DNA from: a virus
Lineage: Duplodnaviria; Caudoviricetes
DNA length: 55,328 nt
Strand: one strand, 5' to 3'
IMG/VR virus record: IMGVR_UViG_3300049491_000841
Location: 1-55,328 of that record
The notes under the pieces are model-generated. The model saw only the letters and a list, made by a program, of their open reading frames with translations. It made no database searches and was not told the DNA's origin. Shown piece after piece: positions 37,401-45,989 of this stretch. The translations under genes were made by a program, and so were the position numbers. Position 1 is the first letter of the stretch. Each line of letters opens with the position of its first letter.

Positions 37401-38585
37401 CTGACCAACGCAGGTGGAACTGATCTGTTTCTTGCCAAGTACTCCAGCGCTGGAATCCACCAATGGTCCGTGCGTTACGGGAATACCGGCAACGAAACTG
37501 TGCAAGCTATGACCTTGGACTCCACAGGAAAAATCATAATCGCTGCGCACTTCAGCGGTCTAGCCAATTTCGGTGGAACAAACTTTGTAACCACTCCATC
37601 AGGTGTGGCTATCGCAAAATACTCACCTACAGATGGCTCTCACATCTGGTCGGAAGGGTATTATGGAACGTCGTCAGTGCTATCAGCGGGAGGAATTACT
37701 ACTGATGCGGCTGACAACGTTTTAACTACAGGATATTTCCAGGGAACTATCAACCTAGGCACTACGAATATGACGAACGCCGATGGCACGGATATGTTTG
37801 TCGCGAAATATTCTACGCTGGGTGCTCCCATCTGGTCGATAACATATCCACGAAATGCTGCCGACGACATCGCACAGGATATAGTGTGCGACAGTAACAA
37901 TAATGTGTTCGTGACTGGTTATACTCTTGGTTATATTGATTTCGGAGGTGGCTATATCATCAGCGACACCGGGTCTGATGTGTTTGTTCTGAAGCTGAAT
38001 AGCTCAGCGGCATTTCAATGGGCACGCGGCTATGGAGGACCCAGAGCACAGCGCGCTTTTTCAATGGTGATAGATTACAGCGAGGACCCAACCAATGGTC
38101 GATTGATAATAGCTGGAGACTTTTATCAAGCTGCTAACATTGGTGGGATAACAATGACAGCCCCTGCTCTTTCTGCGTTTCTAATGAAGCTCAACACGAC
38201 CACTGGTGATCCATTTTGGGCGCGTAGAACCGGAGGCAACCTGGTTTCTAAAACCAGCAACATTCTCGCACTAGGACCTTCTGGAACATTTCGATTAACT
38301 GGTTCAGTAGATAATTCAACTAAAGATTTCATCACCGCCACGATTACGCCTACTGGTTCTGGTGGTGGAAGTGACATCTTTATTTCCAGCTACAACCCCG
38401 CAGGTGCTTTGAATTGGGTTCAAGGTTACGGGAGCATCAATTCTGACATTGGAAATGCTATTGCAGTTGACAGCACCGGTTATGCAACCGCCACCGGTTA
38501 TTTTGTCGGGACAGCTTCTTTTGGTGGAATTCAACTGATCAGCCAAGGTTCCCAGGATGTATTCCTTATTCGAGTCGCCCCATGA
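34461..38585 (+). CDS. Secreted adhesin-like protein: signal peptide, N-terminal beta domain, 8 BACON-like repeats, Ig domain, SBBP-like beta-propeller
   Basis: MKTLLASLFCLASLTLVA; eight ~85-aa C...CxW...GxGxGTV...R.GT.TI repeats; DTTIPVVTITAP Ig domain; D.F.AKY...G...W blades. Confidence 0.85.
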   Translation: MKTLLASLFCLASLTLVAAPANDDFANRIDLVSGGQISTTGANVGATHQVGDPVVNGPTTTSVWWAWTAPFSGPVTISTLGSSFDTMLAVCVGSVVTNLITGKTNDDFQGFTSQVSFNSVSGVHYSIMVAGYNGASGLINLNIMPATSGGCVFSFVPDSKAFSYTATNGTIAVTATTGCVWSATAFDSWIHITSGNTGSGNGTVSYSVDVNTTPVSRFGTIGLAGSVFAVNQSGAPGCIYSLSPTTFNTVASPITNSISMTATTGCAWTATPNASWITISSGTNGTGNGTITYVLATNILSNSRSGTITAAGQTHTVTQAGNVPCTFSISPSTAPFAASGGTSNIVVSTLSGCTWTASSPVSWVTFSTTNGTGNGSVTYTVATNVVTLPRSTILTVAQNPFTVTQSSAACSYALTSSSFSAPAIASSSTVGVTTTTGCGWTAVSNDSFITITAGTSGSGSGTVSFTVAANINTTTRSGTMTIGGQTFTVSQAAAACIYSISSTSAHFSSASQPGIITVTAGTGCAWTAVANDVFITIDSGTPGSGNGSVGYTVSANSSTNSRIGTITVATKTYTVTQDGTTPCAYSILPTSCACAATSGNASIAVTANTNCVWSVTSSDPSWLTFSPPSGSGNGTVVYTITSNPSSIPRTATLTIADKVFTVNQSGIACTFTVSPTSASFTYVGGIGTATVTAAAGCAWSSISDSTWLVITAGASGTGNGSVSYTVSSTTATTNRTGRLTIAGKVLNVTQTGAPCTTSISPTSATISDIGGGGIISITKSDQSCTWTAITNQTWISVSPSSGTGNGSITFSVLPTNQQITRNGTITISGQVFSITQTGDTTIPVVTITAPTASATISNVFTLTATATDDVAVSRVDFYRDAATFLGSVVASPYALPFNTTNVANGSYTFYMRGFDSANNQGSSATNTVTISNSAPVTSNTWVYGYGGTGTDIGSVIAMDGSDNIYVAGVFTGSASFGGSTLTNAGGTDLFLAKYSSAGIHQWSVRYGNTGNETVQAMTLDSTGKIIIAAHFSGLANFGGTNFVTTPSGVAIAKYSPTDGSHIWSEGYYGTSSVLSAGGITTDAADNVLTTGYFQGTINLGTTNMTNADGTDMFVAKYSTLGAPIWSITYPRNAADDIAQDIVCDSNNNVFVTGYTLGYIDFGGGYIISDTGSDVFVLKLNSSAAFQWARGYGGPRAQRAFSMVIDYSEDPTNGRLIIAGDFYQAANIGGITMTAPALSAFLMKLNTTTGDPFWARRTGGNLVSKTSNILALGPSGTFRLTGSVDNSTKDFITATITPTGSGGGSDIFISSYNPAGALNWVQGYGSINSDIGNAIAVDSTGYATATGYFVGTASFGGIQLISQGSQDVFLIRVAP

Positions 38586-40675
38586 AAAATTTATTTGCTT
38601 GTTTGTTGTTGCTGACTGTTTGTGCGAGAGCCGCTACGATTCCGTTCAATGGTCTTAACCCAACTCAGTTCGACACTAATGGTCTAATCGTTAAATACGT
38701 TGCCGATTTCACCAATGATGTTGGGATCATTTCACCTATCACCGCCAACACGCTGGTCACCATGACCAACCAGAACGTCTATGGCACATGGAGCACTCCG
38801 TCGAAGGTCACGTTGTTGAGTCTTGGGACAAACCAACTCGACATGACCTTGCAATCAGCGTGGCTTTTGAACAGTCCAACTAACGACGCTGCTCAAGTTG
38901 TTTTGAGTCTCAGTGCAGGAGCCTATCAGGGCCAGCACGCTTTCTTACTCTCTCAGAACGGTGGCGAAGGGTTTACATTGCCAAATCTAAGTGAACAATA
39001 CAATGTTCCAGGCGCTTTGGTGATTCTTGGTAGTGACTGGGTAGGCACGACAAACAGGGGAATCCATTTGGTTTACTCTGCGCCGGATTGGGTGCTGGAA
39101 GGAATTCCGACCGATCCTAGCGTGTCTGGCGGCGGCGGTGGTGGTGGTGGAAGTGTCGGTCCCGGAACCGTCGGAACGTTATCCAAGTTTGGACCCGCTA
39201 CTAGTTCCATAACCAACAGTCTCGTCACAGAAGATGCCACCAAGCTCAACGTGCTGGAGATACTCCACCCCAACTCCATCGCGCTCAATAACACCTACAC
39301 GTTGCTGGACGCGGACAACATCGTTCTGACCATCGGGAACGGTTTGCACGACTTGGAATCCGACGACCCGGTAGCTGCCAATCGCACATTTACTCTCGCA
39401 GACGGAACCGAAGATAACTTTGAACTATTGCTTGTTTGGCACACCAACGCAGGCGAGCTTATCAATTCCGGTAACATGATCCTCAGCACTAACTGGGTGC
39501 CGGTTAATGGCGACATGCTTCAGTTGATCTGGGATGCGGTTGGAAAATGGCGCGAGCAGTGGAGGTATCCTTCAGTCGGAGGAACGGCTACCGCTACCAA
39601 CGTGCTTTGGGCACTCGACGTGGACGCTTTGGTGCCTGATCCTGCGGTTGGATTGGTGTCGATTGTGTCAACGTTGAGCGATAACGCTACGAATGTGGTG
39701 TTGAACTTGGACACAGCCAACGCATGGACAGGCGGGAAACAGCTTTTAATGAGCAACTTAGGCACAAACTTTTTCTCCGCTTTTAATAATGGTTTGAACA
39801 CGGAGTTAGTTTTGAACGATTTGAGTTTATTTACAGCCGGTGGTAGCGCCGCTACGGAAATAACAGCTTCCACGCATCAAGTACAAAAAACTTCTGAGAT
39901 GTTCGGACAAGCTATGAACGATGATGGAACCACGTTTTTCGCATCGTGGTATATGGAATCAGCAGGTGATGGTAATTCGTTCGTGGAACTTTATTCTACG
40001 GCTGACGCCTATACTAATGAATTGGTAGCAAGGCTATCGGCGAATGGGTCGGCATCGGACTTGTCATTACTGCTGAGCTTATCTGGGAATCCACTTACCA
40101 GGCTTGATCCTCTTGTGACCAGCACCGGATCAGCCGTAGCCTACTTGTTCGACACGAGTAATGCGCTAACTACTGGTGACCTGCTAATGAGCATCGGTAA
40201 CGCCGGATCAACTCGCGCCACAATAGACTATGATGGAAACGGATTCTTCTCGGGCACTTTGTCCATTGGAAGTTTGACGAACACGTTGTTGAGATCAGCG
40301 GAAAAACTGGTTTATACAAATTCTTCCTCATCGGCCTTGTTTCAAGTCCAGAATGCTTCAGCCACTGCGTCGTTCGGATTGAACGCCGGAGGCAACACTT
40401 TTATCAACAGCAGTTCAGGGGCTATTTATCTCGGCGCTTCGTTGGTATCCTTGTCAATGCTAGCCGCTACGACCAACACTTACGACATCGGAAATAACGG
40501 CGCAAACTCCTACCGAAATCTATTTCTTGATGGAACTATTCGCACTGGAGACCCAAGCTCCGGGACACCGTTCAACTGGCAGCTTGGAGGTGAAACAGTT
40601 CCTGCTGGTGTCACCAATCTTATAGTAAAAGTTGGGACTCAGAAGTACCAAGTTATTGCTACTCCTATTCCATGA
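38582..40675 (+). CDS. Signal-peptide-bearing tail-fibre-like protein
   Basis: MKNLFACLLLLTVCARA; poly-Gly followed by GTVGTLSKFG...ITNSLVTED and TYDIGNNGANSYRNLFL fibre-type motifs. Confidence 0.65.
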   Translation: MKNLFACLLLLTVCARAATIPFNGLNPTQFDTNGLIVKYVADFTNDVGIISPITANTLVTMTNQNVYGTWSTPSKVTLLSLGTNQLDMTLQSAWLLNSPTNDAAQVVLSLSAGAYQGQHAFLLSQNGGEGFTLPNLSEQYNVPGALVILGSDWVGTTNRGIHLVYSAPDWVLEGIPTDPSVSGGGGGGGGSVGPGTVGTLSKFGPATSSITNSLVTEDATKLNVLEILHPNSIALNNTYTLLDADNIVLTIGNGLHDLESDDPVAANRTFTLADGTEDNFELLLVWHTNAGELINSGNMILSTNWVPVNGDMLQLIWDAVGKWREQWRYPSVGGTATATNVLWALDVDALVPDPAVGLVSIVSTLSDNATNVVLNLDTANAWTGGKQLLMSNLGTNFFSAFNNGLNTELVLNDLSLFTAGGSAATEITASTHQVQKTSEMFGQAMNDDGTTFFASWYMESAGDGNSFVELYSTADAYTNELVARLSANGSASDLSLLLSLSGNPLTRLDPLVTSTGSAVAYLFDTSNALTTGDLLMSIGNAGSTRATIDYDGNGFFSGTLSIGSLTNTLLRSAEKLVYTNSSSSALFQVQNASATASFGLNAGGNTFINSSSGAIYLGASLVSLSMLAATTNTYDIGNNGANSYRNLFLDGTIRTGDPSSGTPFNWQLGGETVPAGVTNLIVKVGTQKYQVIATPIP

Positions 40676-40926
40676 CCAACTGGATCCAACTCACGACCAT
40701 TTTTTTGTCGCTTACAAACCAAGCGATTGTTGGCATAGACACTAATACCTGGATGGCTGCTCAGGTCACGCAGGTTGTGACCGAGGAGCGCTCGACTTGG
40801 TTGGCGTCGTCGATTAAGAGCGTGGTGCTGACAACTAACCTTGTTCGGTTGGCGATTCCAAGGACAGCGCCACCAACTAACTCCGAACCAACCAACTACA
40901 CCAAACTGAAAGGACTGACGAAATGA
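40672..40926 (+). CDS. Small Thr/Asn-rich protein
   Basis: ATGA coupled on both sides. Confidence 0.55.
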   Translation: MTNWIQLTTIFLSLTNQAIVGIDTNTWMAAQVTQVVTEERSTWLASSIKSVVLTTNLVRLAIPRTAPPTNSEPTNYTKLKGLTK

Positions 40927-41222
40927 AAAAAATACTAATCGGTATATGGGCATCCTACGGACTGTGTTGGATCGTCCTTGTTGTATTCATGGTTGTTTCG
41001 CTTAAGGCCCAGCAAGCACCTGGACCAAATCCAGGACCATCTATTTCACCGCCACAAGGAAAAACCATCTCCACTAACGCTCCGCCGATAAAACTGTTTG
41101 GTCCTGTGGTTTCCATCAAAGTTGCGCCTGGCGTCGTTGTCACAATTACAGCAGAAAACCAATTCTCCATCGGCCAAGCTCGCCAATGGCTTCGGCAGGC
41201 GTCTACGAATCCTTTGAAGTGA
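40923..41222 (+). CDS. Small exported or membrane-anchored protein
   Basis: N-terminal hydrophobic helix then Pro-rich linker. Confidence 0.6.
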   Translation: MKKILIGIWASYGLCWIVLVVFMVVSLKAQQAPGPNPGPSISPPQGKTISTNAPPIKLFGPVVSIKVAPGVVVTITAENQFSIGQARQWLRQASTNPLK

Positions 41223-41335
41223 AGGGAGGTGATGTGGACATGATGATCTTATTCCTAAGCCTGACTTTCACGCTTATCCAGGTTTGTATCAATCTCGACC
41301 GGGGGCAATCGCATCCGGTAAAAAACACGCTTTAG

Positions 41336-43546
41336 ATGTTCTTTCGTCTTGTCATCTCAATCCTCGCAGTGTGCCTTCCAGCCAGCGCGGCCACCATTCA
41401 AGCCAATTCGCCTTCGCGCGTTGACGTTGCATCCGCGGTGGCTGTAGCGGTCACTGGCGACACGGTTAATGTGCCCGCAGGATTGGCAGTATGGACAAGC
41501 AACCTTCAAATCATTGGCAAGGGAATCACTTTGCGCGGTGCAGGCACCAACGGCACAATCATCGTGGACGAGAACCCAACCGCTCGCGTCAACCAGCCAT
41601 CCCTTTTCGACATCACTTGGCAGGGCACGAATGGCGGAATGTTCGATCTGAGCGGGTTTCAGTTTCGCGGAGGTACCAACCAGACCACGACCCTGATTAC
41701 TGGAGCGATTAGAATTGTCGCCTCCAACAACATGACCAACGATAGCGTCTGGAGGGTGCATGGCAATTTGTGGAGCAAGATATGGGGTCGCCCGATGCAG
41801 ATTCGCGCTTGGAGTGGACTGGTGGACAGCAACTACTTTGACTTGATCCAGGGACAGTCAGGGATGGCCAACGACAATCGGATCGTCGCCAGCGAGCAAG
41901 GCGACAGAGCATGGAACCGGGCAGTACCTTGGGGAACCACAAACCTTGTTTACTTTGAACACAACCAGATCATCTGTCCAGGTGGTTCGAAAGCTCTGAT
42001 CGACGGGTTTGCAGGTTCTCGTTATGTTGTTCGTTACAACAATATTCTAAACCGATCAGCGGAAAATCATGGTACTGAAAGTACTCAACGCGCTCGATCC
42101 GGTCGATCAATGGAGGTTTACGGGAACACCTTCACTCACACAGGCGGAGCATCGGGCGAATACTGCGTTCTCTTTCGAGGTGGCAGCGGTTTGGTGTTTA
42201 GCAATTCGGTTGTGGGCGCATGGCCCGGGTTCCTCAAGATGGTTTACTTTTTGTCGCTCGAATCTCACGCTCCTTGGAATGCAGCCAACGGCACGAACGT
42301 TTGGGACTTGAACGTCGCTGGGGGGCCGTTTGAAACTGGCACACACACCGGACCAGACGGCAGCGCCGATCTCGTGGACAACACGAAGACTTGGACTTCC
42401 AACCAGTGGCAGCAATACAGCGTCATTGACTACTCTCAGACTTTCACAAACGCAGGGTCAATCCAGAACTTCTCTGGATTGATCAGTGGAAACACATCCA
42501 CAACCATCACCATTGACCCGCCGCAGCCAACAATCGAGCAGTGGACGTGGAACACTGGAGACATTTATCGACTGTGGCGCGTGGACATCGGCTTGGATGC
42601 TCCTGGAAGGGGTTCAGGTGCTCTGCTATCCGGGGGAAACAGCACCACCCCGCCTACGCCCACCATCTGGCCTGGAGAGATAGATGAACCAATCCACTAC
42701 TGGGCGAACACGGGTGTTTCAACCGTGGCTTCCGGGCTTTATCCCATCGTCGCAGGCCGCGATTACACCAACTCGCCACTCGCTGGTTATGTGCCTCTGG
42801 TTGATCCACACCCGTTGGCAGGCGGAACGAACGTTCCTCCTCCGCCACCTCCCCCCACGATGCTCGCCTTCAACCAGCAGCCCACAACCGCAGTTGAAAA
42901 TACTGTCATCACACCGCCTGTGACAGTGCTCGTGCAAGACGACAACGGACAAACCGTGACGACCAGCAGTGCGGTGGTGACGATTGCGATTAGCGCCAAT
43001 CCGGCTAGTGGCCTCCTGAGTGGCACCAAGATCGTTGCAGCTTCGAGCGGCGTGGCGACTTTCGGAGACCTCTCCATCGACAACGCAGGCGTCGGTTACA
43101 CCTTGTCCGTAACTAGCCCTGGCCTGGCTGGTCGCACCAGCGCATCCTTTGACATCACCAGTGCCATTGCGCCACCGTCACAGCTAATCCTCGCCCAGCA
43201 GCCCACTGATGCCCTCACTAACGCGGTTATCTCCCCGCCCATCACGGTCAAGATCGCAGACGCCAACGGAGCGCAGACCTCCTCCACAGCCAACGTGACA
43301 GTGAGCATCGGCGCTAATCCAGGAGGAGGAAGCTTCATCCCAGGCAGCACTTTGGTTCAAGCCGCAGTCAACGGCCTAGCCACTTTCAACGATCTTGGCA
43401 TCGACAACTTCGGGACAAACTACACCCTCAACTTTGTCTCCGGGGTGCTTACCGGTACCAACAGCACCCCTTTCAATATTTACGTGACACCCCCCGTTCC
43501 GCCTGTCATCCGCAGACCTCCAGGCCCTTTGATATTGATCTTATGA
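41336..43546 (+). CDS. Secreted parallel beta-helix (pectate-lyase-like) protein with two C-terminal Ig-like repeats
   Basis: Signal peptide ending PASA; GDTVNVPAG beta-helix cap; RYVVRYNNI and EVYGNTF rungs; two QQPT...A.F.DL.IDN.G..YTL repeats. Confidence 0.8.
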   Translation: MFFRLVISILAVCLPASAATIQANSPSRVDVASAVAVAVTGDTVNVPAGLAVWTSNLQIIGKGITLRGAGTNGTIIVDENPTARVNQPSLFDITWQGTNGGMFDLSGFQFRGGTNQTTTLITGAIRIVASNNMTNDSVWRVHGNLWSKIWGRPMQIRAWSGLVDSNYFDLIQGQSGMANDNRIVASEQGDRAWNRAVPWGTTNLVYFEHNQIICPGGSKALIDGFAGSRYVVRYNNILNRSAENHGTESTQRARSGRSMEVYGNTFTHTGGASGEYCVLFRGGSGLVFSNSVVGAWPGFLKMVYFLSLESHAPWNAANGTNVWDLNVAGGPFETGTHTGPDGSADLVDNTKTWTSNQWQQYSVIDYSQTFTNAGSIQNFSGLISGNTSTTITIDPPQPTIEQWTWNTGDIYRLWRVDIGLDAPGRGSGALLSGGNSTTPPTPTIWPGEIDEPIHYWANTGVSTVASGLYPIVAGRDYTNSPLAGYVPLVDPHPLAGGTNVPPPPPPPTMLAFNQQPTTAVENTVITPPVTVLVQDDNGQTVTTSSAVVTIAISANPASGLLSGTKIVAASSGVATFGDLSIDNAGVGYTLSVTSPGLAGRTSASFDITSAIAPPSQLILAQQPTDALTNAVISPPITVKIADANGAQTSSTANVTVSIGANPGGGSFIPGSTLVQAAVNGLATFNDLGIDNFGTNYTLNFVSGVLTGTNSTPFNIYVTPPVPPVIRRPPGPLILIL

Positions 43547-43680
43547 GATACAAAAAACGAGATCACACAGATGCTCGAATCGCTATAGCGGTTGCCCGTT
43601 GGTATCGCAGAATAAGCGGAGAAAAGGACATCACCACTGAAGCCCTGGCTTGCCAAATGATAGGTCGAGGAAAGTCGGCG

Positions 43681-44286
43681 ATGAACTCTTTGCGAAGAAT
43701 AGTTTACGGATTACCCATTGTTGTCCTGCTCTCATGCTCTATTGCTAGCGGTGCCACGCTCTCATTTGCTTGGGGTCAGGCTGACATAGGCACGACTGGA
43801 TATAACCTATACGGAGTCCTTGGGTCAGTCACCAACCGATTGGGATTCACCACAGGGATCGACTCCACCAACATCACTGTCAACGTCAGTCCCAACGGAA
43901 ATTGGAAGTTCCAAGCAACCGCGATCTACGGTGATGTGGGAGAATCAGCCCCCAACGCCGCCCTGACGGTGTTCGTGCAAGCTGCTCCCGCGCCTTCCGT
44001 ATTCCAGCCACTTACCACTCGTGTTGGAAGCACCTACAATGCCTCGATCTCCTGGTCCTCCGCCTTGCACGACTACTATGTCACCAACTATATTGCTCGG
44101 CTGACCAAGCAGGGTATCACTCAGACCGTGACAACGACAGCCACCAGCACCACTTTTACCGGCCTTACCGCGGGACGATACGATTTCTCGGTCGTGGGCG
44201 TCAACATGACCGGAGAAGGACTTCCCGGACTGCGCTCGTTCAACATCACCGGAGGACCTCCTGGACCTCTAAAACTGATCCAATGA
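43681..44286 (+). CDS. Secreted protein with two fibronectin type III-like domains
   Basis: Signal peptide from ATG 43681; LSFAW...GYNLY...FQATA...GES and ISWS...FTGLTAGRYDFSVVGVN..GEG. Confidence 0.75.
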   Translation: MNSLRRIVYGLPIVVLLSCSIASGATLSFAWGQADIGTTGYNLYGVLGSVTNRLGFTTGIDSTNITVNVSPNGNWKFQATAIYGDVGESAPNAALTVFVQAAPAPSVFQPLTTRVGSTYNASISWSSALHDYYVTNYIARLTKQGITQTVTTTATSTTFTGLTAGRYDFSVVGVNMTGEGLPGLRSFNITGGPPGPLKLIQ

Positions 44287-44305
44287 ACCAGGCGAAGGTA
44301 CTGCC

Positions 44306-44533
44306 ATGAAATATTGGAATAAATCTGAACCTGGATCAGATGCCATTCCGTTGCGATGTGTTTACCTCCACAAAGTGACCGGTATCTGTTTTTGCCCAGC
44401 AGACCTTACTCGCTTAAGCTTGATCGAACTCAAAAATGCAGAAGAGCGCGCGGAAGAAACGTTTGGAAAAGAAGATGTCGCCGAAGCGGTAGTAGATTGG
44501 CTAAATTCTTGGGACGTGGTATTCGTGGCTTGA
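44306..44533 (+). CDS. Hypothetical protein
   Basis: Packed ORF. Confidence 0.45.
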   Translation: MKYWNKSEPGSDAIPLRCVYLHKVTGICFCPADLTRLSLIELKNAEERAEETFGKEDVAEAVVDWLNSWDVVFVA

Positions 44534-44536
44534 AAA

Positions 44537-44737
44537 GTGGGAAGATACTGGAGAACTCTAAAGGACGCCGTGAACTATTACGTTCAGGAAGGATTTGTCG
44601 TCGGGACCGCAGAATGCAAAAAATGCGGGAACGTTTTCAAGAGCGTGCATGAACCCGGCACGCAAGATTCCGCTTTGGAGTGTCCTAAGTGCGGGGCGGA
44701 AAGTTCTGTTTTTACTGTTCTGAAACCCAACCAATGA
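44537..44737 (+). CDS. Zinc-ribbon protein
   Basis: CKKC...CPKC. Confidence 0.6.
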   Translation: MGRYWRTLKDAVNYYVQEGFVVGTAECKKCGNVFKSVHEPGTQDSALECPKCGAESSVFTVLKPNQ

Positions 44738-44952
44738 AATCCATGAAAATTGCTGACGGGGTGAAAACCCCATTGCCTTTTCTCGCGCCGCTCGATACAC
44801 TTCAGCAATGCACGAAGCCGAACTTAGCGTGAACTTCAAGGGGAACTTAAAACATCTTCGAGAATTTCTCTGCGGACTGTTCTGCTGCTGCAATCAAACC
44901 CTGGCTGGATACGATTGGAAAATCGGGCAGCCACAACCGAAAGAAAAATCGC

Positions 44953-45279
44953 ATGGCACACTTCAACCTTCAGGTCGACACGACCCAAAAGATCAACGTT
45001 ACACTCACGAATCCCGGCGACGGTCCACCGGTGTGGGCAGTTGAATCGGGCGACTCAACTCTTCAACAAATCTCCGACCTATCCGCTGACTTTGTGTCAG
45101 CAGACGTACCTGGAGAAACGATTTATTCCGTCAAAGGAACCCGCGGCGGTGCTCTGGTCAGCGATAGCTTCACGCTGACCGTCGTTCCGGCCCCGCCTGA
45201 ACAAAGCTTTGACCCTATCTTTGGCACTCCCGTCCCAAAGAATGCCACCGCTGGCGCTGGCGCTCGCGCTAAGAAGTAA
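44953..45279 (+). CDS. Small Ig-like beta protein
   Basis: PVWAVESGDST...FTLTVV beta-sandwich pattern. Confidence 0.6.
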   Translation: MAHFNLQVDTTQKINVTLTNPGDGPPVWAVESGDSTLQQISDLSADFVSADVPGETIYSVKGTRGGALVSDSFTLTVVPAPPEQSFDPIFGTPVPKNATAGAGARAKK

Positions 45280-45493
45280 TCATCGTGAACCGACCACGTT
45301 TCGATAGCATAGCGATTCCAATCGTGGTGCTATTGTGCGTGGTCGTTACTATCGTTTTCGCCTGGTGCACGGGTTGTTTTGACGAGGGCAACGCCCAACC
45401 CGTGCCTCACACACAATTCAGCCTTCGAGAACTTATATCGTAACATTTCTAGACCTCTGGTAGATACTCTTATGACAACAGCGATTTGCACTT

Positions 45494-45787
45494 ATGACAT
45501 TGACGGAAGGATTGCAGTTAATTGTTGCCCTGGTGAGTATCTTCGGAGGGATATTGAGCCTTGGAATAGGCATCACCAAGCACAAGCGTACCTTTATCCG
45601 AATTTCGGGCCAGTTCTTAATTTGGACCGGTTCGCTGGCCATCGCAGGTTACGCCAGCGGCGCCACCTCGCTTTATACCATGCCTTCAAAGTCCACTCCG
45701 GTAGCGCTTCCAACCGCGATTTGCTTTGTGGTAGTGGGGGCGAATCTGCTAGTGTTGTCCAACCTTAAACCCGGAACAAAATTATGA
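45494..45787 (+). CDS. Three-TM membrane protein (holin candidate)
   Basis: Three hydrophobic segments in 97 aa, upstream of a lipoprotein and terL. Confidence 0.45.
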   Translation: MTLTEGLQLIVALVSIFGGILSLGIGITKHKRTFIRISGQFLIWTGSLAIAGYASGATSLYTMPSKSTPVALPTAICFVVVGANLLVLSNLKPGTKL

Positions 45788-45984
45788 TTCGAACCAGCGC
45801 TTCCATACTTGCCATAGTCTCTCTCTTCATTCTCACGGGTTGTATGTCCATAACCAAACTCGAAAAAGAACTCGCCAAGGACCCCGCGGCTGTTCACCTG
45901 GAAGTTCGAAGCATCTACGGGATTGTAATTCTGGACAGGAACTTTCCTTCCGATACCAATTCGGTAGTAACGCGCCATAGATAA
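45784..45984 (+). CDS. Small lipoprotein (spanin candidate)
   Basis: Lipobox ILTGC after a hydrophobic segment. Confidence 0.55.
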   Translation: MIRTSASILAIVSLFILTGCMSITKLEKELAKDPAAVHLEVRSIYGIVILDRNFPSDTNSVVTRHR

Positions 45985-45989
45985 AATCA

